From the NCBI GenBank assembly GCA_038087875.1, contig JAXLNO010005457.1, positions 62,001 through 126,000 on the forward strand: a stretch of 64,000 nt of DNA, read 5' to 3'. The DNA is from Malacoraja senta. Lineage: Eukaryota. A program made the position numbers and the translations under genes. Of the stretch, positions 1-11,115 are shown piece by piece; the first letter of the stretch is position 1; each line of letters begins with the position of its first letter. A model generated the notes under the pieces. That model ran no database searches. It saw only the letters and a program-made list of their open reading frames with translations, and was not told the DNA's origin.

Positions 1-180
1 ATGTGTAGGAAGGAACTGAAGATGCTGGTTTACAGCAAAGATAGGCACAATGTGCTGGAGTAACTCAGCGGGACAGGCAGCATCTCTGGATACAAGGAAT
101 GGATGACTTTTCAGGTCAAGACCCTTCCTCAGACAGAGTGTTTCCCCTGACTTACTCCAGCATTTTGTGTCCATTTTGGG
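1..180 (-). mobile_element. Penelope-like element (PLE)-derived terminal unit with degenerate hammerhead motif
   Basis: Same unit (gtgtaggaaggaactg.agatgctgg...ctggagtaactcagcggg...cccttc.tcagac) recurs at ~1921-2015, 5814-6006, 17410-17550, 26194-26400 and 26810-26900, where it follows GIY-YIG coding sequence in the longer copies. Confidence 0.7.
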
Positions 181-480
181 ATAACATAGAACTAGTGTGA
201 AAGATGATCGATGGTTGGCATGGAATTGGTGGGCAGAATGGCCCATTTCCATGCTGAGTCACTAACCTAAGAACTGCAGATGCTGCAAATGTGAAATAAA
301 AACCAAAAATGCCATTGTCTGATGGCTTCATTGTCAGTTTATCACCATGGAAACCTGTAATTACCTTATCAGTGATACTCCCTATGTCCAACCATGCCTC
401 CCACTCCTGTCTGTAACTTACACATTCTCACAATTCTGAAGCATTAATTTTGTATCTCTTTCCATAGGTTCCATAGGTAA

Positions 481-544
481 CCAATATTTCAATGATTTGT
501 AAAATGCTGTGCTTCCAGCATTTTACAAATCATTGAAATGTTGG
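481..544. other. Near-perfect 64-nt hairpin (29-bp arms, 6-nt loop)
   Basis: 481-509 ccaatatttcaatgatttgtaaaatgctg vs 516-544 cagcattttacaaatcattgaaatgttgg: 28/29 complementary; the remaining pair is a U-G wobble on the + strand. Confidence 0.9.
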
Positions 545-669
545 TGGCTTTTTGAATGGTTAAAATCCCTTGCGTACCTCACCAATTGTTTTTACTTTTA
601 TTGACAAATTTAGAATGAAAAGTTGTGTGAAATATTTAAAGGATAACCTAAATGTCATTGTGGTTCAGC

Positions 670-872
670 CGTAGTGATGGTGCCGTAGTGCTATTGACCC
701 AGGGTTGATCCTGGCCTCAGGTGCTGTCTGTACAGAGTTTGTACGTACTCCCCGTGACCTGCGTGGGATTTCCCCGGGTTCCCCGGTTTCCTCCCACACT
801 CCAAGCCTGTATGCCAAAGGGGATCACTGGTCACTGTGGACTCTAAGGGCTGTTTTCGTGCTATATCTCTAA
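670..872 (+). mobile_element. V-SINE (HE1-like) copy
   Basis: V-domain-type core gtctgtacagagtttgtacgtactccccgtgacctgcgtggg...ccggtttcctcccacactcc, shared with more than 10 copies in the window. Confidence 0.75.
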
Positions 873-1574
873 ATTATCTTGGGCACCAATTGTAAAGTAA
901 GCTGTCCAAATCCATCTGCACCACACTTGTATATCCATATAAGTTGCAATTGGACATGTTTTATATTGTAAATCAATAAGTCCTATCACCATTACTGTGT
1001 TAATTCAATGACATTCGTAGTGTACCATTGAACAAAGCAGGACCAGGCGTGGGGGAACCATGGTGAGGTGGGGGGGGGGGGGTGGGGACAAAGGAGGACC
1101 TGGTGTGGGAGACTTTATAACTTTGTCGGTGCCCTTTATGTGAAGAATCTTGACATACGTTGGGTTTACAAAACAAAGAATTTCACTGTGACTTGTCACA
1201 TGTCACAATAAAGTATCATTCATTCATGATTAATTATTGCTGAAAACATTGCTTTTTGTTACCTCTTCGGTTACACATTAAACACATTATATTATTAATC
1301 TTTAACTGGACTAAAACAGGGTGAGGGTACAAACAGGGAACAATACATCCAAATATTATGCACTGGGCATAATTTCTATCAATTTTCCACATCTTGCAAT
1401 ATTTATTATTATTTTCAAATTATATGTGAATACATGTGAATGACATTTATTACATTATCATCTGATTCATTGAACCATGTTTATTGAATCATATTGCCTT
1501 CAAAAATATTTTTTTAATTTGCATTATTTATGGTGCACATATTATCTGCAACATTGTTATGTTTATGAGATTTA

Positions 1575-1920
1575 TGAGCATATTGTCGGGGCTCAAGGGT
1601 GTGAACAAGAGGGAGAGATTGGGCAAGCCAGGGCTTTATTCCATGGAGCACAGGAGGCTGAAAGGGTGATCATATAGTGGTGCTTAAAATCATGAGGGGA
1701 ATTGATAGACCGTATGCCCAGAGCCTTTTACCCAGAGAAGGGGAATCAAATAACCAGAGGACATGGGTTTAATGTGAGAGGGGGAAGATTTAATTGGAAC
1801 TTGGGGGCAAACTTTGTGCTCAGAGAGTGGTCAGCATATGGAATGACCTGCCAGAGAATGGAGTTGCGGCAGGTACAATAACAATATTTAAAAGACACAT
1901 GGACAGGGACATGCATAGGT
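1575..1920 (+). mobile_element. CR1 LINE 3' fragment, decayed
   Basis: Similar to the C-terminal ORF2 and tail of the CR1 at 3245-5203. Confidence 0.65.
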
Positions 1921-2393
1921 AGATAAAAGTGCTGGAGAAACTCAGCGGTTCAGGCAGCATCTATGGAGCGAAGGAAATAGGCAACGTTTCGGGCCGAAAA
2001 CCCTTCTTCAGACTGATGTGAGGGTGGGTGGGAGGGGGGGAGTGGGGCGCAGGAAGAAGAAAGGAAAAGGTGGAGCCAGTGGGCTGAGGGAGAGCTGAGT
2101 AGGGGAGGAGAAAGTAAGGACTACCTGAAATTAAAGAAGTCAATGTTCATACCGTTGGGGTGTAAACTGCCCAAGCGAAATATGAGGTGCTGCTCCTCCA
2201 ATTTACGGTGGTCCTCACTCTGGCCATGGACGAGGCCGAGGGCAGAAAGGTCGGATTTGGAATGGGAGGGGGGAGTTGAAGTGCTGATCCACCGGGAGAT
2301 CAGGTTGGTTGTTGCGAACTGAGCGGAGGTGTTGGGCGAGGCGATCGCCAAGCCTGCGCTTGGTCTCACCGATGTAGAGCAGCTGACATCTAG
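1921..2393 (-). mobile_element. Penelope-like element 3' fragment (GIY-YIG C-terminus + terminal unit)
   Basis: ORF 2121..2423(-) ends SHSKSDLSALGLVHGQSEDHRKLEEQHLIFRLGSLHPNGMNIDFFNFR, matching the + copy at 17135-17315. Confidence 0.85.
1981..2015 (-). ncRNA. Minimal type I hammerhead ribozyme motif (core intact)
   Basis: Minus strand reads cagu-CUGAAGA-aGGG uuuucgg CCC-GAAA-C-GUU-gc: CUGANGA box, stem II, GAAA box, and NUH triplet after a palindromic ACGU helix III. Confidence 0.75.
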
Positions 2394-2529
2394 AGAGAAA
2401 CGTTTTGAATGATGTCTACCCATTGCAGGGTAAATGGGACTAGCTTAAATGGGGTATCTTGATTAGCATGGACAAGTTGGGCCAAAGGGCTTGTTTCCCT
2501 GCTGTGTGACTCTCTCTATGACTGCTTTA

Positions 2530-2815
2530 TAGCAAAGAGCGCTGCTGTCTCACAGCTCCAGTGATCGGGTTCAATCATCTCCAGTGCAGTCTGTGTGGAG
2601 TATAAGCATTCTCCCTGTGACAATGTTTGTTCTCCAGTTTCCTCCCACATACCAAAATGTGCTGAATTAGTAGATTAAGCCACCGCTGCAAATAGGTGGA
2701 TTTGTGGCATTGATAGAAATGAGAAAGATCCGTTTTGGGGAAAATTAGTGTTGGAATAATTTTGTTCTCTGGGCTAGAGTGGGCTCAGGAGGCTGAAAGG
2801 CCTCTTTCTCTGTCA
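2530..2815 (+). mobile_element. V-SINE (HE1-like) copy
   Basis: tRNA-like head (gctgctgtctcacagctccagtgatcgggttcaatc) followed by the V-domain core. Confidence 0.7.
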
Positions 2816-3244
2816 CATGGATTTATGGGCCGTTATTTATCCTTGAATTGCCTTCTTTCTCAATTTAGTCAACAATGTAAAATTGAAGTAATTGTCTGGA
2901 TTGAACTATTTAACAATTGTAGATGAAAGGAAGAGCAGAGGCTGCTTTCCTCCACACACAAAGTGCTAAGGAACTCAACGGGTCAAGCGGCATCTTTGGA
3001 GAACATGGGAAGGCAGATATTTCGGGTGAGGATCCTACTTCAGACTGAAGTTGGGACACGTTAGAACATGCTTTGTACTCACACTTGCAGTCCAGTGTTA
3101 GTTTTCAAGGATTTTTTGTTATTCACAGCTTGTAGTTGTTACATATTCAGCAGACAGAAGATGAGCAAACTAAAGCACCTGCAAAGCACAACTAAAAGAC
3201 CGCAGAAAGAAGCTTGAAAAGAAGGCTCTTATCTAAACAAAGTA

Positions 3245-5203
3245 CTTTCAAGAGAGAGTTAGATTTAGCTCTTAAGACGAAAGGAATCAAGGGATATGGG
3301 GGAAAAGGTTAGTTAAAACAAATGTAGGTCCCTTGCAGTCAGAAACAGGTGAATTGATCATGTGGAACAAGGACATGGCAGACCAATTGAATAACTACAT
3401 TGGTTCTGTCTTCACTAAGGAAGACTTAATTAACTGCCGGAAAGAGCAGGGGACCGGGGGTCAAATGAGATGGAGGAATTGAGTGAAATCCAGGTTAGCC
3501 GGGAAGTGGTGTTAGGTAAATTGAATGGATTAAAGGCCGATAAATCCCCAGGGCCAGATAGAGTGCATCCCAGAGTACTTAAGGAAGTAGCCCCAGAAAT
3601 AGTGGATGCATTAGTGATAATTTTTCAAAACTCTTTAGATTCTGGAGTAGTTCCTGAGGATTGGAGGGTAGCTAATGTAACCACACTTTTTGAAAAGGGA
3701 GGGAGAGAGAAGTGGGGAACCTGCTAGAGTCAGTTATTAAAGATGGGATAGCAGCACATTAGGAAAATGGTGAAATCATTGGACAAAGTCAGCATAGATT
3801 TATGAAAGGTAAATCATGTCTGACGAATCTTATAGAATTTTTCGAGGATGTAACTAGTAGAGTGGATAAGGCAGAACCAGTGGATGTGTTATATCTGGAC
3901 TTTCAGAAGGCTTTCGACAAGATCCAACATAAGTGATTAGTATACAAACTTAAAGCACATGGTATTGGGGGTTCAGTATTGATGTGGATAGAGAACTTGC
4001 TGGCAGACAGGAAGCAAAGAGTAGGAGTAAACGGGTCCTTTTTAGAATGGCAGGCAGTGACTAGTGGGGTACCTCAAGGCTCAGTGCTGGGACCCCAGCT
4101 ATTTACAATATATATTAATGATTTGGACGAGGGAATTGAATGCAACATCTCCAAGTTTGTGGATGACACGAAGCTGGGGGGCAGTGTTAGCTGTGAGGAG
4201 GGTGCTAGGAGGCTGCAAGGTGACTTGGATAGGCTAGGTGAATGGGCAAATGCATGGCAGGTGCAGTATAATGTGGATAAATGTGTGGTTATCCACTTTG
4301 GTGGCAAAAACAGGAAAGTAGACTATTACCTGAATGGTGGCCGATTAGGAAAAGGGGAGATGCAACGAGACCTGGGTGTCATGGTACACCAGTCATTGAA
4401 AGTAGGCATGCAGGTGCAGCAGGCAGTGAAGAAAGCGAATGGTATGTTAACATTCATAGCAAAAGGATTTGAGTATAGGAGCAGGGAGGTTCTTCTGCAG
4501 TTGTTCAGGGTCTTGGTGAGACCACACCTGGAGTATTGCCTACAGTTTTGGTCTCCTAATCTGAGGAAGGACATTGTTGCCATAGAGGGAGTACAGAGAA
4601 GGTTCACCAGACTGATTCCTGGGATGTCAGGACTTTCATATGAAGAAAGACTGGATACACTCTGCTTGTATTCGCTAGAATTTAGAAGATTGAGGGGGGA
4701 TCTTATAGAAACTTACAAAATTCTTAAGGGGTTGGACAGGCTAGATGCAGGAAGATTGTTCCCGATGTTGGGGAAGTCGAGAACAAGGGGTCACAGTTTA
4801 AGGATAAAGGGGAAATCTTTTAGGACTGAGATGAGAAAAACATTTTTTACACAGAGAGTGCTGAATCTCTGGAATTCTCTGCCACAGAATGTAGTTGAGG
4901 CCAGTTCATTGGCTATATTTAAGAGGGAGTTAGATGTGGCCCTTGTGGCTAAAGGGATCAGGGGGTATGGAGAGAAGGCAGGTACAGGATACTGAGTTGG
5001 ATGATCAGCCATGATCATATTGAATGGCGGTGCAGGCTCGAAGGGCCGAATGGCTTGCTCCTGCACCTATTTTCTGTGTTTCTATGTTTCTAAAAGCAGG
5101 AATGGGGTACTGATTCTAGATGCAGGCATGATCATATTGAATGGCGGTGCTGGCTCGAATGGCCGAATGGCCTGCTCCTGTGCCTATTTTTCTATGTTTC
5201 TAT
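3245..5203 (+). mobile_element. CR1-clade LINE, 5'-truncated, with duplicated 3' tail
   Basis: ORF 3470..3727 (KADKSPGPDRVHPRVLKE) and ORF 3979..4995 (SGVPQGSVLGP, KFVDDTKL, RPHLEYC, TRGHSLR). Tail atgatcatattgaatggcggtgc...cctatttt occurs twice (5011, 5128). Confidence 0.92.
3979..4995 (+). pseudogene. CR1 reverse transcriptase C-terminal ORF (338 aa)
   Basis: RT motifs QGSVLGP and FVDD, plus typical CR1 C-terminal peptides; the upstream part is broken by stops. Confidence 0.9.
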
Positions 5204-5691
5204 AATTAGTATACATTCGGCTATTGGTGGTGTTTCTTGAAAACACGAAGACGAGAGAATGTAAAGGATCTGCAGAACAACTAAAAGACTGCAGAAAGCA
5301 GCTTGAAAAGGAGGCTCTTCATCTATACAACATAATTATGTTTTATTCAGCTATCATTGTTTGTAGAGTTTCTTATTGGTATGAAAACATCATCCAAGTT
5401 TTGACCCTTCCTTATTACTCCTGGTCCCAGGGGCATGGTTGGCATTAGCTCATTACATTCATCCTAATAAAGGGTTGGTGTTCACAGTTGTGCCTAGATT
5501 TTTATCAATTACAACCTTGAGTTCACAAACTGTTCTTTGTCTCTGGGCTAAAGTTCACAGACTCTCCTTTTCAAGGAGTGAGCTGTTTTAAGCAAACTGA
5601 CTTCAGCAAATCCTTACAAATTCCATCACCCCCCCCCCCCCCCCACTTTGATTCATCAATCAATGCCAGAGGGAATGAATCATCTAAGTAA

Positions 5692-6373
5692 AGGGGCCTG
5701 TCCCACTTACGTGTCCTTGGAATGCAAATTACGCGTTGAGCCACGATGGTCCGGCGAAGGTCGGGTGCGATTACATGCGTACGCACAGCCGTCTGGAGCG
5801 CGTGACGTTATTTGAAGATGGACACAAAGCTGGAGTAAGCCAGTGGGACCGGCAGCATCTCTGGAGAGAAGCAATGGGTGACGTTTCATGTCGAGACTCT
5901 TCTTCAGTCTGAAAAGAAGGGTCTTGACCCGAAACATCACCCATTGCTTCTCTCCAGAGATGCTGCCGGTCCCGCTGAGTTACTCCTGCATTTCGTGTCT
6001 ATCTTCAATTTTTTTGGCCCCGCTCTGGGAGTAGAAGTGGGGGCGGATCCGGACTGCAACGGCTGTGAGCCCCAGGCCGAGTTCGGCGATCGTTCGCCTG
6101 CTTCTGCTCCTGTTGAAAGTGAGACTTTGCGTCGCGCCAGGGTCTTGGGCCTGTCCCACTTTGGCCGTCAGTTCCGCGACAGGCCGTTGGCGCGCGAAGA
6201 TTTCGTTCACTACAAAATTATTGGAGCCCCGCGCGATGTCGCGCACAACTCCATACCCCTCCGCGCTTCCAAGTGGGACCGGCCCCGCGCGGCCATACGA
6301 TGCCCGTGCGCTTCAACGCGACCACAAGGTCGCATAATTTGTGTGCCAAGGACACGTAAGTGGGACAGGCCCT
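5692..6373. mobile_element. PIF/Harbinger-type MITE
   Basis: ~40-bp TIRs (ag(g)ggcctgtcccacttacgtgtccttgg.a..caaatta / taatttgtgtgccaaggacacgtaagtgggacaggccct) and a TAA 3-bp TSD (5689-5691, 6374-6376). An internal TIR-like pair lies at ~6146 and ~6271-6286. Confidence 0.8.
5814..6006. repeat. ~190-bp palindrome of two opposed PLE hammerhead units inside the MITE
   Basis: Arms centred on 5908; gggaccggcagcatctctggagagaagcaatgggtga and tcacccattgcttctctccagagatgctgccggtccc are perfectly complementary. Confidence 0.9.
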
Positions 6374-6721
6374 TAAGAATACCAAGGAAAGGTAGCGCAG
6401 CTACACATCACTGGATATCTTTAACCTGTTCAATGCCACCGCCGAGTACACTAGGGGTCATGGCCAATAGTGAAAAATAAACTTGGCAGTGAACAGCTTA
6501 ATGGTCTCCATATTTTAGAGAAAGCCTTCAATGCCCATGAGGGGTGAGCCTTATTATATCTATGTTTCTCTAAATATAGGAAGCACTTTTGTGGTAAAAG
6601 ATGGGGCAGCTCGGGCCTCGAAAAGATCCAACCTTATGTGCAGCTTTATATTTGTTTATATGCAATAAGCAAAAAGAACACAATAGAAGATAAAACATGA
6701 TAATAATTATAAGCAAAGCCA

Positions 6722-6929
6722 AGAGATCGTGGCCTTACACGAGTTGCTGCCTTGCAGCACCAGAGACCCTGGTTTGAACCTGACTACGAGTGGTGACTGT
6801 ACGGAGTTTGCATGTTCTCCCCGTAACCTGTGTGGCTTTTCTCTGAGATGTAGGTAAATTGGCTTGGTGTAAATGTAAATTGTCCCTAGTATGGGCTGAA
6901 GGGCCTGTTTCAGCACTGTATCTCCAAAG
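6722..6929 (+). mobile_element. V-SINE interrupted at its 3' end by the hAT element (remainder at 15284-15303)
   Basis: SINE body ends ...cagcactgtatctccaaag and resumes ctctaaagcttaaaactaaa after the hAT right TIR. Confidence 0.75.
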
Positions 6930-7369
6930 CAGTGGTTCTTAACCTGGGGGTCGTGACCCCCATTGGGGTCGTTTGGGGGGTTTCCGGGGGTCATGAAGGG
7001 GTTGTAAAGAACATCAATTTGTTGAGCCTATTTTTAGGAACCTAACAAAGGTATATACCACACACAGTATTTTGTTCACGAATGCGCTTACGTATACACA
7101 GGGCCTATGAGAGGGGGGTGCAGGGGGTACATCGTATGCGGGCCCAGAGTCCAATAGGAGCCCGGGAGCTGAAGGAGGGGGGGTGGGAATTTCCTGAAAT
7201 CTCAGAAAATGTTTGCATATATTTTGTGAATACTAGCATTCACATTTTGTGCCTTCGGAGTTTTATATATTGTAATTCGTAGAAATTGTGATCCATAATA
7301 AAGCAGGGAATTTTAACTGGTGGTGTGTGGTCGGGGTAACCTGATTAAAAGAGAGGGAAGGGGAAGACC

Positions 7370-10300
7370 TATCACTACTGATGGATCTTCCCTGTAGGAG
7401 GAGGGAGAGCACTAGGTCCCAACAGAGTCATCACTACTGATGGATCTTCCTGCAGGAGGAGGGAGAGCACTAGGACCCAACAGAGTCATCACTACTGATG
7501 GATCTCCCTGCAGGAGGAGGGCACTAGGACCCAACTGACTGATGGATCTGCCCTATAGTGGGGGGGAGCACTAGGACCCAGCAGAGTCATCACTACTGAT
7601 GCATCTTCCCTGCAGGAGGAGGGAGAGCACTAGGACCCAGCTGACCGATGGATCTGCCCTATAGTGGGGGGGAGCACTAGGACCCAACAGAGTCATCACT
7701 ACTGATGGATCTCCCTGCAGGAGGAGAGCACTAGGACCCAGCTGACCGATGGATCTGCCCTATAGTGGGGGGGGAGCACTAGGACCCAACTGACTGATGG
7801 ATCTGCCCTATAGTGGGGGGGAGCACTAGGACCCAGCAGAGTCATCACTACTGATGCATCTTCCCTGCAGGAGGAGGGAGAGCACTAGGACCCAACTGAC
7901 CGATGGATCTGCCCTATAGTGGGGGGGGGGGGGAACACTAGGACCCAGCAGAGTCATCACTACTGATTGATCTTCCCTGCAGGAGGAGGGCACTAGGACC
8001 CAACTGACCGATGGATCTGCCCTATAGTGGGGGGGGGGGAGCACTAGGACCCAGCAGAGTCATCACTACTGATGGATCTTCCCTGCAGGAGGAGGGAGAG
8101 CACTAGGACCCAGCTGACCGATGGATCTGCCCTATAGGGGGGGGGAGCACTAGGACCCAGCAGAGTCATCACTACTGATTGATCTTCCCTGCAGGAGGAG
8201 GGAGAGCACTAGGACCCAGCTGACCGATGGATCTGCCCTATAGGGGGGGGGGAGCACTAGGACCCAGCAGAGTCATCACTACTGATTGATCTTCCCTGTA
8301 GGGGGAGGGGGAGCACTAGGACCCAGCTGACCGATGGATCTGCCCTATAGGGGGGGGGAGCACTAGGACCCAGCAGAGTCATCACTACTGATTGATCTTC
8401 CCTGCAGGAGGAGGGAGAGCACTAGGACCCAGCAGAGTCATCACTACTGATTGATCTTCCCTGTAGGGGGAGGGAGAGCACTAGGACCCAGCTGACCGAT
8501 GGATCTGCCCTATAGGGGGGGGGGAGCACTAGGACCCAGCAGAGTCATCACTACTGATTGATCTTCCCTGCAGGAGGAGGGAGAGCACTAGGACCCAGCT
8601 GACCGATGGATCTGCCCTATAGGGGGGGGGGAGCACTAGGACCCAGCAGAGTAATCACTACTGATTGATCTTCCCTGTAGGGGGAGGGGGAGCACTAGGA
8701 CCCAGCTGACCGATGGATCTGCCCTATAGGGGGGGGGAGCACTAGGACCCAGCAGAGTCATCACTACTGATTGATCTTCCCAGTAGGGGGAGAGCACTAG
8801 GACCCAGCTGACCGATGGATCTGCCCTATAGGGGGGGGGAGCACTAGGACCCAGCAGAGTCATCACTACTGATTGATCTTCCCTGTAGGGGGAGGGGGAC
8901 TAGGACCCAGCTGACCGATGGATCTGCCCTATAGGGGGGGGGAGCACTAGGACCCAGCAGAGTCATCACTACTGATTGATCTTCCCTGTAGGGGGAGGGG
9001 GACTAGGACCCAGCTGACCGATGGATCTGCCCTATAGGGGGGGGGAGCACTAGGACCCAGCAGAGTCATCACTACTGATTGATCTTCCCTGTAGGGGGAG
9101 GGGGACTAGGACCCAGCTGACCGATGGATCTGCCCTATAGTGGGGGGGTGCACTAGGACCCAGCAGAGTCATCACTACTGATTGATCTTCCCTGCAGGAG
9201 GAGGGAGAGCACTAGGACCCAGCTGACCGATGGATCTGCCCTATAGCAGGGGGGGGAGCACTAGGACCCAGCAGAGTCATCACTACTGATTGATCTTCCC
9301 TGTAGGGGGAGGGGGACTAGGACCCAGCTGACCGATGGATCTGCCCTATAGGGGGGGGGAGCACTAGGGGCCAGCAGAGTCATCACTACTGATTGATCTT
9401 CCCTGTAGGGGGAGGGGGACTAGGACCCAGCTGACCGATGGATCTGCCCAATAGGGGGGGGGGAGCACTAGGACCCAGCAGAGTCATCACTACTGATTGA
9501 TCTTCCCTGTAGGGGGAGGGGGACTAGGACCCAGCTGACCGATGGATCTGCCCTATAGCAGGGGGGGGGGGAGCACTAGGACCCAGCAGAGTCATCACTA
9601 CTGATTGATCTTCCCTGCAGGAGGAGAGCACTAGGACCCAACTGACCGATGGATCTGCCCTATAGGGGGGGGGAGCACTAGGACCCAGCAGAGTCATCAC
9701 TACTGATTGATCTTCCCTGCAGGAGGAGAGCACTAGGACCCAGCTGACCGATGGATCTGCCCTATAGTGGGGGGGGAGCACTAGGACCCAGCAGAGTCAT
9801 CACTACTGATTGATCTTCCCTGTAGGGGGAGGGGGACTAGGACCCAGCTGACCGATGGATCTGCCCTATAGGGGGGGGGAGCACTAGGACCCAGCAGAGT
9901 CATCACTACTGATTGATCTTCCCTGTAGGGGGAGGGGGACTAGGACCCAGCTGACCGATGGATCTGCCCTATAGGGGGGGGGAGCACTAGGACCCAGCAG
10001 AGTCATCACTACTGATTGATCTTCCCTGTAGGGGGAGGGGGACTAGGACCCAGCTGACCGATGGATCTGCCCTATAGGGGGGGGGAGCACTAGGACCCAG
10101 CAGAGTCATCACTACTGATTGATCTTCCCTGTAGGGGGGGGGAGCACTAGGACCCAGCTGACCGATGGATCTGCCCTATAGGGGGGGGGGAGCACTAGGA
10201 CCCAGCAGAGTCATCACTACTGATTGATCTTCCCTGTAGGGGGAGGGGGACTAGGAGCCAGCTGACCGATGGATCTGCCCTATAGGGGGGGGGAGCACTA

Positions 10301-10790
10301 GGGGCCAGCAGAGTCATCACTACTGATTGATCTTCCCTGTAGGGGGAGGGGGACTAGGAGCCAGCTGACCGATGGATCTGCCCAATAGGGGGGGGGGGGA
10401 GCACTAGGACCCAGCAGAGTCATCACTACTGATTGATCTTCCCTGTAGGGGGAGGGGGACTAGGACCCAGCTGACCGATGGATCTGCCCTATAGGGGGGG
10501 GGGGGAGCACTAGGACCCAGCAGAGTCATCACTACTGATTGATCTTCCCTGTAGGGGGAGGGGGACTAGGAGCCAGCTGACCGATGGATCTGCCCTATAG
10601 GGGGGGGGAGCACTAGGGGCCAGCAGAGTCATCACTACTGATTGATCTTCCCTGTAGGGGGAGGGGGACTAGGACCCAGCAGAGTCATCACTACTGATTG
10701 ATCTTCCCTGTAGGGGGAGGGGGACTAGGACCCAGCAGAGTCATCACTACTGATTGATCTTCCCTGTAGGGGGAGGGGGACTAGGAGCCA
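7370..10790. repeat. G-rich minisatellite of alternating related A (~55 bp) and B (~48 bp) monomers
   Basis: A = cactaggacccagcagagtcatcactactgattgatcttccctgtagggggagggg; B = cactaggacccagctgaccgatggatctgccctatagggggggggag; roughly 60-70 monomers by length. Confidence 0.97.
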
Positions 10791-11115
10791 GCAGAGTTAG
10801 ACCACGTGCTGCCTGCATGGTGGAGGTTGTGGGCCTGGTGCTGAACCGGGAAGGTGACGACTCTGGCCCGCTGGTGGCCGGTGGAGAGGCAAGTGTCGGC
10901 GGAGTCGCTGGCGGAGGCCCGTGGGGAGCTGGAGTAGAGATATGGGCTTTCCAGCGACAGTGGCTGTGGTGTCCCCGCCCGGGGAGGTGGTGAGAGTCGG
11001 CAGCCACGGCTGTTTCAGTGGTCCGGGCCTGCGTTTGGGTGGGGGTGGGGGTGGGGGTGTGGGAGAGTGGGCGTGGGTAAGTGGGTGGATTTGTGTGGGT
11101 GGGGGTGTAGGTCAG

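Noticed and set aside
468-476. Possible 9-nt micro-exon (ccatag|gttccatag|gtaacc)
   Set aside because: Equally explained as a 9-bp tandem duplication; no supporting neighbouring exons.
5878-6480. 200-aa ORF
   Set aside because: Chance open frame across a GC-rich MITE and PLE palindrome; no recognisable domain.
6455-6545. Peptide WPIVKNKLGSEQLNGLHILEKAFNAHEG before a gtgagc donor, faintly like a class I alpha1 C-terminus
   Set aside because: In-frame stop immediately upstream, donor in phase 2 instead of 1, and no alpha2 exon found downstream. An HMM search would be needed to revive it.
7370-10790. CRISPR-like regular repeat array
   Set aside because: No unique spacers, monomers are mutually homologous, no cas genes, eukaryotic context. 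It is a minisatellite; it also lacks the GAAA box needed for a hammerhead.
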